Assembly (NCBI GenBank): GCA_964527715.1
Contig: CAZGOD010000007.1
Coordinates: forward strand, 6,622 to 70,621
DNA: 64,000 bases
Direction: 5' to 3'
DNA from: an uncultured Thermoplasmatales archaeon
Lineage (GTDB): Archaea; Thermoplasmatota; E2; DHVEG-1
In this document: positions 10,049 through 19,084 of the stretch, in pieces
How the letters are laid out: every line of letters starts with the position of its first letter
Position numbering within the stretch: position 1 is the first letter of the stretch
Program-made: the position numbers and the translations under genes
The notes under the pieces: generated by a model
Seen by the model: only the letters and a program-made list of their open reading frames with translations
Database searches by the model: none
What the model was told of the DNA's origin: nothing

Positions 10049-10996
10049 ATGAGAGAAAAAATACTGGATCTATTAGATGAAAAAAAGTATATTTCTGGAG
10101 AACAAATAGCACAAAAACTAAAAGTATCTAGAACCGCAATTTGGAAACAAATCAAAACACTACGGGAGCTTGGTTACAAAATTGAATCAATAAAAAACAA
10201 AGGTTATAGATTAATTTCTCGTCCTGATGTTCCAATTGAGGGAGAAATAAAACATGGGCTAAAAACAAAAATTGTTGGTAGAAAAATTCATTATTTTAAA
10301 ACCCTAACATCGACAAATCAATACGCGAAACAACTAGTTCAAAAAAACGTAGATGATGGGAGTGTTGTTGTTTCTGATGTTCAAACAAGTGGGCGTGGTC
10401 GAAAGAGTAGAACCTGGTACTCGCCTAAGGGGGGACTATGGTTTTCAGTTGTTTTATATCCAAATATCCCTCCACAACGTGGTATGCTCCTAACTATGGC
10501 GAGTTCCATCTCTGTTGCTCAGGCTATTCAAGAAGTTACTAATTTTACTCCTGTGATAAAATGGCCAAATGATCTTCTTATAGATGGTAAAAAGGTTTGT
10601 GGTATTCTCACTGAGCTTGATGCTGAGATGGATAAAATAAATTATGCAACTATAGGTGTAGGTATCAATGTTAATAACCCTTTGGAAGGAGACTTGAAAA
10701 ATAAAGCGGTCTCTCTTATAGAAAAAACTGGTTCAAAAATTTCAAGAGTGAAACTTCTACGATCCATCCTTAAACATTTAGATGACAATTACAGTATATT
10801 GAATTCTGGTGACAACGCCCTGATCAGAGATTTGTGGTTTGCTTATGCAGAAATTGTTGGTAAAAAGGTTAGAGTGGAAGGTGAAAAATCGGTGATCGAA
10901 GGGGTTGTATCGGATGTTGATGAAACTGGTTGTCTAATAATTAAAACAAATAGTGGTAACGTTCAGGTTGTTAGTGGTGACTTATATTATTTGTAA
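10049..10996 (+). CDS. birA: Bifunctional biotin ligase/repressor (group II BirA)
   Basis: N-terminal HTH (ISGEQIA..VSRTAIWK), then STN, QTSGRGR, KWPND and KKVCGIL. Confidence 0.95.
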   Translation: MREKILDLLDEKKYISGEQIAQKLKVSRTAIWKQIKTLRELGYKIESIKNKGYRLISRPDVPIEGEIKHGLKTKIVGRKIHYFKTLTSTNQYAKQLVQKNVDDGSVVVSDVQTSGRGRKSRTWYSPKGGLWFSVVLYPNIPPQRGMLLTMASSISVAQAIQEVTNFTPVIKWPNDLLIDGKKVCGILTELDAEMDKINYATIGVGINVNNPLEGDLKNKAVSLIEKTGSKISRVKLLRSILKHLDDNYSILNSGDNALIRDLWFAYAEIVGKKVRVEGEKSVIEGVVSDVDETGCLIIKTNSGNVQVVSGDLYYL

Positions 10997-11091
10997 TGAT
11001 TGATGAATAAACTCTCTATTCCTATATTTTTGATAATCTTTGTACAATAATGTTTATATAACTCATAAGGAGAAGTAGTTCATGTTGAAAG

Positions 11092-11736
11092 ATGACTCTT
11101 AGACAGCATGATATATTGAAACTTGCGGGTTTATGTGGTATATTGTCCACTGTTGTTTTCCTTATATTTATTGCTCTTGCTGTTTATTTTTCACCATGGT
11201 TTAGTTGGACTGAGAACTGGTTAAGTGAAATGGCTGGTTCAACTGGTGATACACCAATTTGGGCTGCTCTAGGTATGCCCTCTGTTATATTGAATGTTGG
11301 TCTTGTTCTCGCTGGTTTAACAGGCATTTTTTTTACTATTGCTCTTAGAAAGAGTTGTATGTTTGAGACTAGGTTAGGTCGTCTAGCAACAGTTGTATTA
11401 TTTGTTGATATGTCTGCATTATGTGGAGTTGGTATTTTTCCTCTTACTCTTGGTAAGCTTCATGTTTGGAATTCTTGGATTCTTTTTGCTTTAATCCCTG
11501 TTTTTTTACTTATTGTTGGTTATGAGTTGAGGAGATTGTTTAGAAAGGAGTGGTGGTGGTTGACGTTTGTTCTTCTCTTGTTTTCTTTTTGCTCATTTAT
11601 TGTTTTTAAGTTTGTAGAGGGTAAAGCTATTTCTGAGATGATTTCGTTGTGTTCGGTATTTGTGGTTTTTGTTGCCTTGAGTTTTAAGTTTTTGAGTTTA
11701 GGTTTCAGAGAGAGTCGTCTATCTGCAGTTCAATAA
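11092..11736 (+). CDS. DUF998-like membrane protein
   Basis: SPWFSWTENWLSEM, VGIFP..LH, and multiple TM helices. Confidence 0.7.
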   Translation: MTLRQHDILKLAGLCGILSTVVFLIFIALAVYFSPWFSWTENWLSEMAGSTGDTPIWAALGMPSVILNVGLVLAGLTGIFFTIALRKSCMFETRLGRLATVVLFVDMSALCGVGIFPLTLGKLHVWNSWILFALIPVFLLIVGYELRRLFRKEWWWLTFVLLLFSFCSFIVFKFVEGKAISEMISLCSVFVVFVALSFKFLSLGFRESRLSAVQ

Positions 11737-11831
11737 AATGGTTTTGTTTTTTTTGTTTGTTATTTTTACATTATGTAAATCATACACGAAATGTTTAAAT
11801 ATTGTTATTAAGAAAGTATAACTTGAGGAGT

Positions 11832-12776
11832 ATGGATTTAACAAGCCTAAGTGGAAGGAACAACCAAATAAAAAATTCAGACATGATAAAACATATAATA
11901 CATGCAATACATAAAACAATGAGCAGAAGAACCTCAGAAATATTTTCCGCACTTGTCCTAAAAGATATGATAAAAGAACTACAACAAAAATATGAATTCC
12001 TAAAATTCGTAAAAATCAAAGAACTAGGATACCTAGAAGACAAAGAAAACCTAGTAAACATCTCAGCAGGAATAAACCTATTCGACTCAGAAGACATAGG
12101 AAAATTCATAGAATCCTTACTCAGAGTCGCAAGCAATAACATAAAAAATGAAGAAGCCAGCCTCTATTTCATAAAAGAAACCAAAGAACAAATAAATGAA
12201 AAATACGAGCACGAACTAAAAAACTATGGAGTAGATCTAGCAGTAATTCAACTTGAACAACACCTATCATACAAAAAAAGAAGAGGTAAATCACTAACCC
12301 CTGAACAATACTCCTCTCCTAAATTTAAATCTAAACCTGAAGAAGAATCCCGTGACAAATATGTAAGCTTCTACAAATACAAACTAGAAAACGTAGGCTT
12401 CTGGAAATACAAAGATAACATCTGTACCATCTATGATAAAAAAGGTCGAATAATAGACAAAATCCCTCTAGACGATATTGTAAAAGACTATGTAATGAAA
12501 GTTAGAGGATTTGACAATAATTTAGCTGTAAACGAAGAAGAATCAGTTAGCATCAACGAAAAAGAATACAAGTTTCTACAGTTAATACATTCAAGAGACA
12601 TTGACTCAGAAACAGCAATTAAAACACTAGACATCAGCGAAGATGAACTATTCGTCATAATCAGAAAACTATTGGTTTACGATGTATTAAAATATATTTC
12701 ATTTGATGAAGTTATGCTCACAAATAATGGAATAATACTTCTAAATGATATAAATAACAAGAAAAAAGGCGCATAA
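11832..12776 (+). CDS. Hypothetical protein: unknown helical domain plus C-terminal winged-helix-like region
   Basis: SD GAGGAG before ATG 11832. N-domain resembles the repeats of 42865..44202; the C-terminus (EKEYKFL...LTNNG) has a wHTH pattern. Confidence 0.75.
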   Translation: MDLTSLSGRNNQIKNSDMIKHIIHAIHKTMSRRTSEIFSALVLKDMIKELQQKYEFLKFVKIKELGYLEDKENLVNISAGINLFDSEDIGKFIESLLRVASNNIKNEEASLYFIKETKEQINEKYEHELKNYGVDLAVIQLEQHLSYKKRRGKSLTPEQYSSPKFKSKPEEESRDKYVSFYKYKLENVGFWKYKDNICTIYDKKGRIIDKIPLDDIVKDYVMKVRGFDNNLAVNEEESVSINEKEYKFLQLIHSRDIDSETAIKTLDISEDELFVIIRKLLVYDVLKYISFDEVMLTNNGIILLNDINNKKKGA

Positions 12777-12784
12777 AACCTCAT

Positions 12785-12922
12785 TTAAGAAGGTATTTCA
12801 TAAAGCATTTTTTCCTTTTTTTGTTTGTCAACTTGTTTTTTAGAATAATCTACAGGTCTTCCACAGAATATACATACTTTGGCATTAGATCGAAGTTTAC
12901 TTTTGCATCTATTGCATATCAT
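12785..12922 (-). CDS. Small zinc-ribbon protein (45 aa)
   Basis: MICNRCKSKLRSNAKVCIFCGRPV...; two CxxC motifs; SD GGAGA. Below the ORF-track cutoff. Confidence 0.7.
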   Translation of the reverse strand: MICNRCKSKLRSNAKVCIFCGRPVDYSKKQVDKQKKEKMLYEIPS

Positions 12923-13031
12923 AGGTATCTTTCTCCGTTATTCTGTAGATGTGTGTGGTTTACCTGATTTAAATAATTTTCGCTCCGTATATGTAACAAA
13001 TGTCTCGATAAAAAAGATTTAATCTCTAAAT

Positions 13032-13814
13032 TTATGCTTCAGAAATTATAATGGATTCAACATCTCTCATAAGAGGCTTATATAATGTTGCATCAACATC
13101 TGGTTTATAGATAATGCCGGTTACTTCAACATATTTATCCTTGAAATCACTAAGATTACCATCTGTATAATTTTCAAATGAAACCTGAATCTCGATATAA
13201 CCGTTATCTAAAATTAGAGAGGCCATTGTATCATTAGTAATATCTGTTAAATTACCTGTCACGATCACTTTTTGACCATCATATTCTTCTATTTCTCCAA
13301 GGGTTTGGACAATTTTCAACTGTTGAGAATAAATCTGAGCTGAAATATTACCCCACTCGCTAAGGGTAAGTGTTGTATCATTACCTGAGAAACTATAATT
13401 ATAATTAAGACTGATGTCAACATTTCTTTGATGAGAGTGCCCGTCAAATTTTGTCAACATAACACTTATATTTGTTTCATTAAGCATTAGTTGCCCATCC
13501 ATTACTGCATAGTAACCTTTTTTTTCAACTACATACTCATCATAGAAGGTACCATTCCACACTTGGGAATTATATCTATAGGCACCATTTGGTAAGAAAA
13601 CATATTCCTCAGTATCGTTTTCCCATAATGCATTAAATGCTATCTCTACACCTAATGGTAGACTCCCTCTGTTATCATCACCCTCACTTTGATCAGTGGG
13701 AGTGGCTACTATTTTAGAACTGTTCGGCGTATTAAAAACAAAAATACCCCAGGCTAGAGCTGCTATGATCGTTAGTATTGCCATTATTGAGATTATTTTT
13801 GTAATAATTCTCAT
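13032..13814 (-). CDS. Membrane-anchored extracellular protein with a probable C-terminal OB fold
   Basis: N-terminal TM, many N-x-S/T sequons, YDGQKVIVTG...KYVEVTG. Start may be 13814 or 13898. Confidence 0.7.
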   Translation of the reverse strand: MRIITKIISIMAILTIIAALAWGIFVFNTPNSSKIVATPTDQSEGDDNRGSLPLGVEIAFNALWENDTEEYVFLPNGAYRYNSQVWNGTFYDEYVVEKKGYYAVMDGQLMLNETNISVMLTKFDGHSHQRNVDISLNYNYSFSGNDTTLTLSEWGNISAQIYSQQLKIVQTLGEIEEYDGQKVIVTGNLTDITNDTMASLILDNGYIEIQVSFENYTDGNLSDFKDKYVEVTGIIYKPDVDATLYKPLMRDVESIIISEA

Positions 13815-14094
13815 TTTTTCATTCTCACAATTCCAAATTATGCATTTTAGTTTTTCGTTTGAACTAGTATTTCCATTTTTATTGGCTCTAACTTGCATCC
13901 TTTATATACTAGATACCAGTAAAATGCTTCACCATAGAGTATTTTTAGATAGAACAGGTTCATCTCCCGGCGAGTGTTTAACATCTTTTTATTTTTTTTC
14001 ACAGAGCATCAATTATATAGTTATTATAGGAATGAGTATTTAAAAACCAGGAAAATGTTCGGAAAAAACCAAACAAAGCAATAATTAACATACG

Positions 14095-14757
14095 TTAATA
14101 ATTGTTTTTTGAATTGGAAAAAACAGTTTTTCTCAAACTGTTAATTGCTTTTTCTACATCGTCTGATTTAACAATATAAGAACCAGAAACAAACATATTA
14201 GCACCAGCTTTATCAACAAGTCCAATAGTTTTATCGGTAATACCGCCGTCAACCTCAATATCAAGACCTGGTTTCATTCCTCTCAACTCAGAAATTTTCT
14301 CTAATACGTCTGGAAGAAAGGGGCTGCCATAAAAACCTGGGTTAACAGTCATAATTAAAACCTGGTCAATCTCATCTAAAAAATTAGAGATATTTTGAAT
14401 CGATGTTTCAGGGTTTAACACAAAACCAACTTTTTTCTCCTTATTTTTTGCATCTGAAATAATAGCTGCTGGATTAGTGCATGACTCGTAATGAATGAGA
14501 ATAGTATCGACTTTTTTCCAATTATTTTCTATCCATTTCTCTGGTTTCTCTATCATCAGATGTGCTTCAAAAAGACAAGATGACTTGGGTAACTTGAAAT
14601 CAAAAAACAATGATGTATTTGGAACAAATTTGTTGTCCATTATGTCAAGTTGAACAATGTCAACAAAATCAATGACTTTGGATAAATTTTCATTCAGTTC
14701 TTCCTGTGTTTTTGCAATTATGGCAGGGATTATCATTTTTTTATTTTTCATAGGCAA
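14095..14757 (-). CDS. rpe: Ribulose-phosphate 3-epimerase
   Basis: DIMDNKFVPN, EAHLMI, LIMTVNPGFYG, IEVDGGI, FVSGS. Confidence 0.93.
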   Translation of the reverse strand: MPMKNKKMIIPAIIAKTQEELNENLSKVIDFVDIVQLDIMDNKFVPNTSLFFDFKLPKSSCLFEAHLMIEKPEKWIENNWKKVDTILIHYESCTNPAAIISDAKNKEKKVGFVLNPETSIQNISNFLDEIDQVLIMTVNPGFYGSPFLPDVLEKISELRGMKPGLDIEVDGGITDKTIGLVDKAGANMFVSGSYIVKSDDVEKAINSLRKTVFSNSKNNY

Positions 14758-14810
14758 TTATCTCTCAACATTCAATAAATAATTTACATAATTAATTTCG
14801 AAGTTTTTCC

Positions 14811-15488
14811 TTATTCTTTTTCACCTTCTAATATGCTACTTGTTTCAATTTTGTATTTTTTAAAATTCAAACAAATATCCTCTCCTCGTAAGTATCCATC
14901 ATAGAATTTTTTGATGATGTTAAATGCTTCATAGCAATCTTTTGCTAGAAATAACCGACTTAGGTCTTTCTTAGATAAAAAATCTTGATTTAGTGGGTAT
15001 TTTTCTATCCATTTCAAGAAGTCAGTCCACATGTCTCCGAGTAGGATTATTGGGATATTGCAAATATGTTTGACTTGTACGAGTTGCCAGGTGTACGCTA
15101 ACTCAAGCAGGGTTCCAACTCCTCCGGGGGCAACTACCACTGCATCTGATAGGACCATGAATGTATCAAGACGTTTTGAGAATCGATCAAATTCTTTTTT
15201 TATATCCAGGTGTCTATTTGGTTTCTGCTCTTGGGGTATATTGATATTTAACCCGATTGCATGTGTTTCTTCATTTTTTCTACCATCATGATGGCCTTTA
15301 CATGCTGCTTGCATGACTCCTGGTCCGCCGCCTGTGACTATGTCGATATTTTCCGCTGCAATCATATGGGCAAGTTTATATACTTCTCCCCATGCCGGGT
15401 CGTCTTTGGTGATTCTAGCTGAGCCGAAAATGGCTACGCGGAAATGTTTTGTATATATCTCTTCATCGGAACAATCATTCTGTGTCAT
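14811..15488 (-). CDS. LOG family protein
   Basis: IFGSAR, TGGGPGVM, PGGVGTLLEL. Confidence 0.9.
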   Translation of the reverse strand: MTQNDCSDEEIYTKHFRVAIFGSARITKDDPAWGEVYKLAHMIAAENIDIVTGGGPGVMQAACKGHHDGRKNEETHAIGLNINIPQEQKPNRHLDIKKEFDRFSKRLDTFMVLSDAVVVAPGGVGTLLELAYTWQLVQVKHICNIPIILLGDMWTDFLKWIEKYPLNQDFLSKKDLSRLFLAKDCYEAFNIIKKFYDGYLRGEDICLNFKKYKIETSSILEGEKE

Positions 15489-15517
15489 GTCGATCTAATC
15501 CTTATAGGTATTCTCAA

Positions 15518-16630
15518 TTAGTAGATGGGTTGTTTGATATTGTTATTGTTTTCATTTAGATTTTTATACATAGCAGCAAAACATGCCCCATAAAGGCTTA
15601 CATCATAGTTGGTGATGATGTAAACTGGTGTTTGTTTAAGAACATCCTCTCGTTGATGTGATTTTTCAAATTCATCGATGAAATTCTTCGATGTGAATAT
15701 CTCCTGATTTTTTGCTGCGATACCACCTGCAATGTATAGTCCTCCGGTTGCTAATGAATCGAGTACGAAGTTCTTTGCACATCTCGCATAGAATTTAGTG
15801 AACAGCTGAAATGTTTCTTTGCATGTTTCATCTAAGTCTTTATATCTCGAAATTAAGACTGCTTTGTCTTGAGCATCGTCGATTTCTTTTGTATGCTGAG
15901 TTGCTTCGTATGTCTCTTTTTGTTGTAGAAAAGAATAGATACTTTCGATGCCTCTCCCTGAGAGTAATTCTTCATAAGATAACGATTGCGATATGTCCCT
16001 CAATTTTTTAATAAAATGTAATAGTTCTAGCTCAAAATTGTTTTGTACAGGAAAATCACTATGTCCTCCTTCACTCGGAATTGGTATATAAGCGTTCAAA
16101 TACTTGTCATATATTAGAATGCTCTTTCCCAGCCCAGTTCCTGCGCCGAGAACTGCTTTAGTAGCTGTTGTATTTTGCTGCCCTGTTTTAACTGGTAAAA
16201 TATCCTTTTTATTGTTATAATCAAGGAGATTAACACCATAACCTATGGTTTGAAAGTCATTGATAATATATGCCATTTTTAATGATGAACTTTCTATGAG
16301 ATCTTTTATGTTAACATTCCATTGAACATTAGTCAGCTCCGCGTAATCCTGTGAAGATGATACCACTCCTGCGGCTCCTATGCATGCAGTATTAATGTCT
16401 ATCTCATACTTTTCTTTGGCGTATGTTATTGTCTCATTAACAGCAGGAGAAAGAGATGGTAACTCTTTACTCTTAAAATTAAGAGAAAACAGCAATATTG
16501 GTCTCTTATTTTGTATGCCTGCTATGCCTAGATTAGTGTTAGTTCCGCCGATGTCAACGCCTAATACGTAAGAGGAAAATTTTGTTTTTAACATTGTTTC
16601 ATTGAATTTCTTTATGGTAAAATCTGTCAT
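15518..16630 (-). CDS. glk: Glucokinase, bacterial Glk type
   Basis: DIGGTN, INDF, GAGTGLG, SEGGH, EELLSGRG, GGLYIAGGI. Confidence 0.88.
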   Translation of the reverse strand: MTDFTIKKFNETMLKTKFSSYVLGVDIGGTNTNLGIAGIQNKRPILLFSLNFKSKELPSLSPAVNETITYAKEKYEIDINTACIGAAGVVSSSQDYAELTNVQWNVNIKDLIESSSLKMAYIINDFQTIGYGVNLLDYNNKKDILPVKTGQQNTTATKAVLGAGTGLGKSILIYDKYLNAYIPIPSEGGHSDFPVQNNFELELLHFIKKLRDISQSLSYEELLSGRGIESIYSFLQQKETYEATQHTKEIDDAQDKAVLISRYKDLDETCKETFQLFTKFYARCAKNFVLDSLATGGLYIAGGIAAKNQEIFTSKNFIDEFEKSHQREDVLKQTPVYIITNYDVSLYGACFAAMYKNLNENNNNIKQPIY

Positions 16631-16733
16631 TGTATATCTATCTCCTTATTTTCACTATGAAGGAGAAAATCTATTATAAGTGCTGTGGTCTAAGGAAGCT
16701 TATTAGATCCCAAGCCTTTGCTTGAATAGAAGG

Positions 16734-17102
16734 TTATATTGCTGACGGGTTGTCTTCCATCATTCCTAATATGTTTCCCTCAGTGTCTTTGAATTGTGCA
16801 AAGTAGCCAACACCAGGTATAGCCATTTTCTCATCTAGTATTGTTCCACCGTTTTCTTGGATATTTCGTATGTATTCATCTAATGAAGAGACATCGATGG
16901 TTACGCTTGTTTTGAGACCCGGGTCCTCGGTTTTATTCATTCCACCATCGATACCTGGGGTGTTTTCTTCTCCTGTTTTAATCATCCAATAATCAAATGG
17001 GCCTTCCCATTTGTTAAACGTCCAACCAAAGACTTTTTCATAGAAGTTTATTGCTCGATCTGGGTTGCTTGCGTTTAAATCAAAATGTAATACTCTTGGC
17101 AT
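16734..17102 (-). CDS. VOC/glyoxalase family protein
   Basis: FYEKVFGW, GIDGGM, IPGVGYFAQFKDTEGN. Confidence 0.9.
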   Translation of the reverse strand: MPRVLHFDLNASNPDRAINFYEKVFGWTFNKWEGPFDYWMIKTGEENTPGIDGGMNKTEDPGLKTSVTIDVSSLDEYIRNIQENGGTILDEKMAIPGVGYFAQFKDTEGNILGMMEDNPSAI

Positions 17103-17272
17103 TTTTTTTATTCCCCTATCTTTTTTTAGATAAGAAAAACGGCTATTTAAGAATATTCATAAAAAAGAAAGAAAAAAAGATTGTCTTTATTTATATAAAA
17201 TCTAGAATTCTCACTCGTTTAACAAATGATGAGTAAATATATTAAAATTTAAGGAACATATCGAACAATAGT

Positions 17273-18265
17273 ATGAAAGAAACAAGATATCTTCTTTCAA
17301 GTTATTTCGGCATCCTCGAAGAAAACAAAACAGCGAAGTATATACAATCCAAGCATGTCCCGGTAGCATTCAAAAACTTAGATTCAGAGAAAATTTTATG
17401 GAAAAAACATGATAAAGCATTAAAAAACATGAAAACAAATGAAAATATACCAGAGCAATCACTTCTCGATCTTAAAATAGAGCTTGCATCTAGGATTTTT
17501 GAAAAATGTCATTTTTGTGAGAGAAAATGTAATGTTGATAGGAGAAAAAAAACTGGTAAATGTGGGGTAAAACAACCTCAGATCTCCTCTGAGTTTTTAC
17601 ATCTAGGTGAAGAAAATGTTTTAGTTCCATCTTATACCATTTTTTTCTCAGGTTGTACTTTTCATTGTGTTTTTTGTCAGAATTGGGATATAAGTCAGCG
17701 TAGTTGCGGCGTCTACGTCGAACCATCAATTGTTGCATCTTGGGTAGATAAAAGGAAATCTCAGGGTGCTCGTAATGTGAATTGGGTTGGTGGTGATCCT
17801 ACACCGAATCTAACATTTATACTTCAGGTTTTAAAGCAGTGTAAAGTGAATATTCCCCAGGTTTGGAATTCGAATATGTATTGTTCCATTGAGACGATGA
17901 AGCTTTTAGATGGTGTGATTGATTTGTTTTTAACTGATTTTAAATATGGTAATGATGAATGTGCTAGGCGTTTGTCAAAAGTTGAAAACTATTTGGGAGT
18001 TGTTAAACGGAATCATAAATTTGCATATGATCATGGTGATATGATAATACGTCATCTTGTGATGCCAGGTCATGTAGAGTGTTGTTCTAAGCCTATTATT
18101 GAATGGATAGCTAGTAATTTACCAGATGCTACTGTTAATGTTATGGCTCAGTACAGGCCGGAGTATCATGCATATGATTATGATGAAATTTCTAAGAGAG
18201 TTTCAATGGATGAGGTTTTGATTGTTGAGGATTATGCAAAAAAACGAGGGATAAATGAAATATAA
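17273..18265 (+). CDS. Radical SAM protein, PflX family
   Basis: CHFCERKCNVDR, CTFHCVFCQN, NWVGGDPTP, IIRHLVMPGH, MAQYRP. Confidence 0.88.
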   Translation: MKETRYLLSSYFGILEENKTAKYIQSKHVPVAFKNLDSEKILWKKHDKALKNMKTNENIPEQSLLDLKIELASRIFEKCHFCERKCNVDRRKKTGKCGVKQPQISSEFLHLGEENVLVPSYTIFFSGCTFHCVFCQNWDISQRSCGVYVEPSIVASWVDKRKSQGARNVNWVGGDPTPNLTFILQVLKQCKVNIPQVWNSNMYCSIETMKLLDGVIDLFLTDFKYGNDECARRLSKVENYLGVVKRNHKFAYDHGDMIIRHLVMPGHVECCSKPIIEWIASNLPDATVNVMAQYRPEYHAYDYDEISKRVSMDEVLIVEDYAKKRGINEI

Positions 18266-18286
18266 TAACTTAGATGATTAATTGTT

Positions 18287-18418
18287 TTAGATTTCTTCGA
18301 GGTCTTCCTCAGTCCAAAATTTTATTTCTGTTCCATCTGGTAGTATTGCGATTTTTATTTTTTGACCTGTTTCAGGGTCTACTTCATTTTTAAACGTAGT
18401 TCCTTTTGGGAAATCCAT
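18287..18418 (-). CDS. Small hypothetical protein (43 aa)
   Basis: MDFPKGTTFKNEVDPETGQKIKIAILPDGTEIKFWTEEDLEEI with SD GGGGAG; divergent from the earA-like gene. Confidence 0.6.
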   Translation of the reverse strand: MDFPKGTTFKNEVDPETGQKIKIAILPDGTEIKFWTEEDLEEI

Positions 18419-18495
18419 TTTTGCTCCCCTATTGTGTACCCTTGTAATGTTTTTTTGTTATTAAAAACCATTTGTTTTTACCATTATTTTTCTGG

Positions 18496-18547
18496 TACAT
18501 ATGTAGTTGAATATGCAGGCACATATGTATGTGTATATTCATATGAT
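18496..18547. promoter_or_regulatory. Cluster of CATATG/TACATA elements, candidate EarA-type sites
   Basis: Palindrome TACATATGTA at 18496-18505, ACATATGTA at 18521-18529 and TCATATGA near 18540, all upstream of TTTATAAA. Confidence 0.5.
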
Positions 18548-18593
18548 TATTCATTAGATAATAAGTTTTATAAACGGTGTTTTAGATATATTT

Positions 18594-18938
18594 TTGGACG
18601 GGATGCAGAAAGGCGATAAGTTAGAGTCTTCTATTGCTATTAGGAGGCCTATGGTAGTGAGGGCTCTGAGACGTAGTAATGTTAGAAAGAAAATTGCTGA
18701 GTATCTTTTTGATATTAGTCCTAGTTGTAGTTATACTGCTGAGATTGCTTATAACGTTAAGACTACTCCTACTAATGTTATTGGTGCTATCCGTGGTATG
18801 GGTTCCAGATATAAAGAGGATGAGTCTCTTCTTAATTTGGATATTGTTGAGGAGAGAAAAGCTGGTAAGAATATCAGGCTTTATGGTTTGACGCCTTTTG
18901 GTAGGGGAGTTATTGAGACATTGATGAATCAAAAGTAA
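18594..18938 (+). CDS. EarA-family winged-helix transcription regulator
   Basis: RALRRSNVRKKI..YL...SY.AEIA......NVIGAIRGMGSRY....SLL.L.IVE matches my recollection of the EarA family. Confidence 0.75.
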   Translation: MDGMQKGDKLESSIAIRRPMVVRALRRSNVRKKIAEYLFDISPSCSYTAEIAYNVKTTPTNVIGAIRGMGSRYKEDESLLNLDIVEERKAGKNIRLYGLTPFGRGVIETLMNQK

Positions 18939-19084
18939 TTTTTTTTCTCGTTTTTTTGTATCTTTTGATGATTTTATAGATAAGTTTTTATATAGGAAAT
19001 TATAAATATATTAGTATTATACATTCCAGAATTATATTTATGAGATGTATGAAAATAACCTTAGAGGAAAAGAGGTGATATAAT

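Noticed and set aside
13900-14000. GGAGATG element resembling a fluoride riboswitch start (minus strand)
   Set aside because: No complementary pseudoknot partner and no relevant downstream gene.
18362-18619. 85-aa plus-strand ORF
   Set aside because: It spans the promoter motifs and overlaps a better-supported 43-aa minus-strand ORF.
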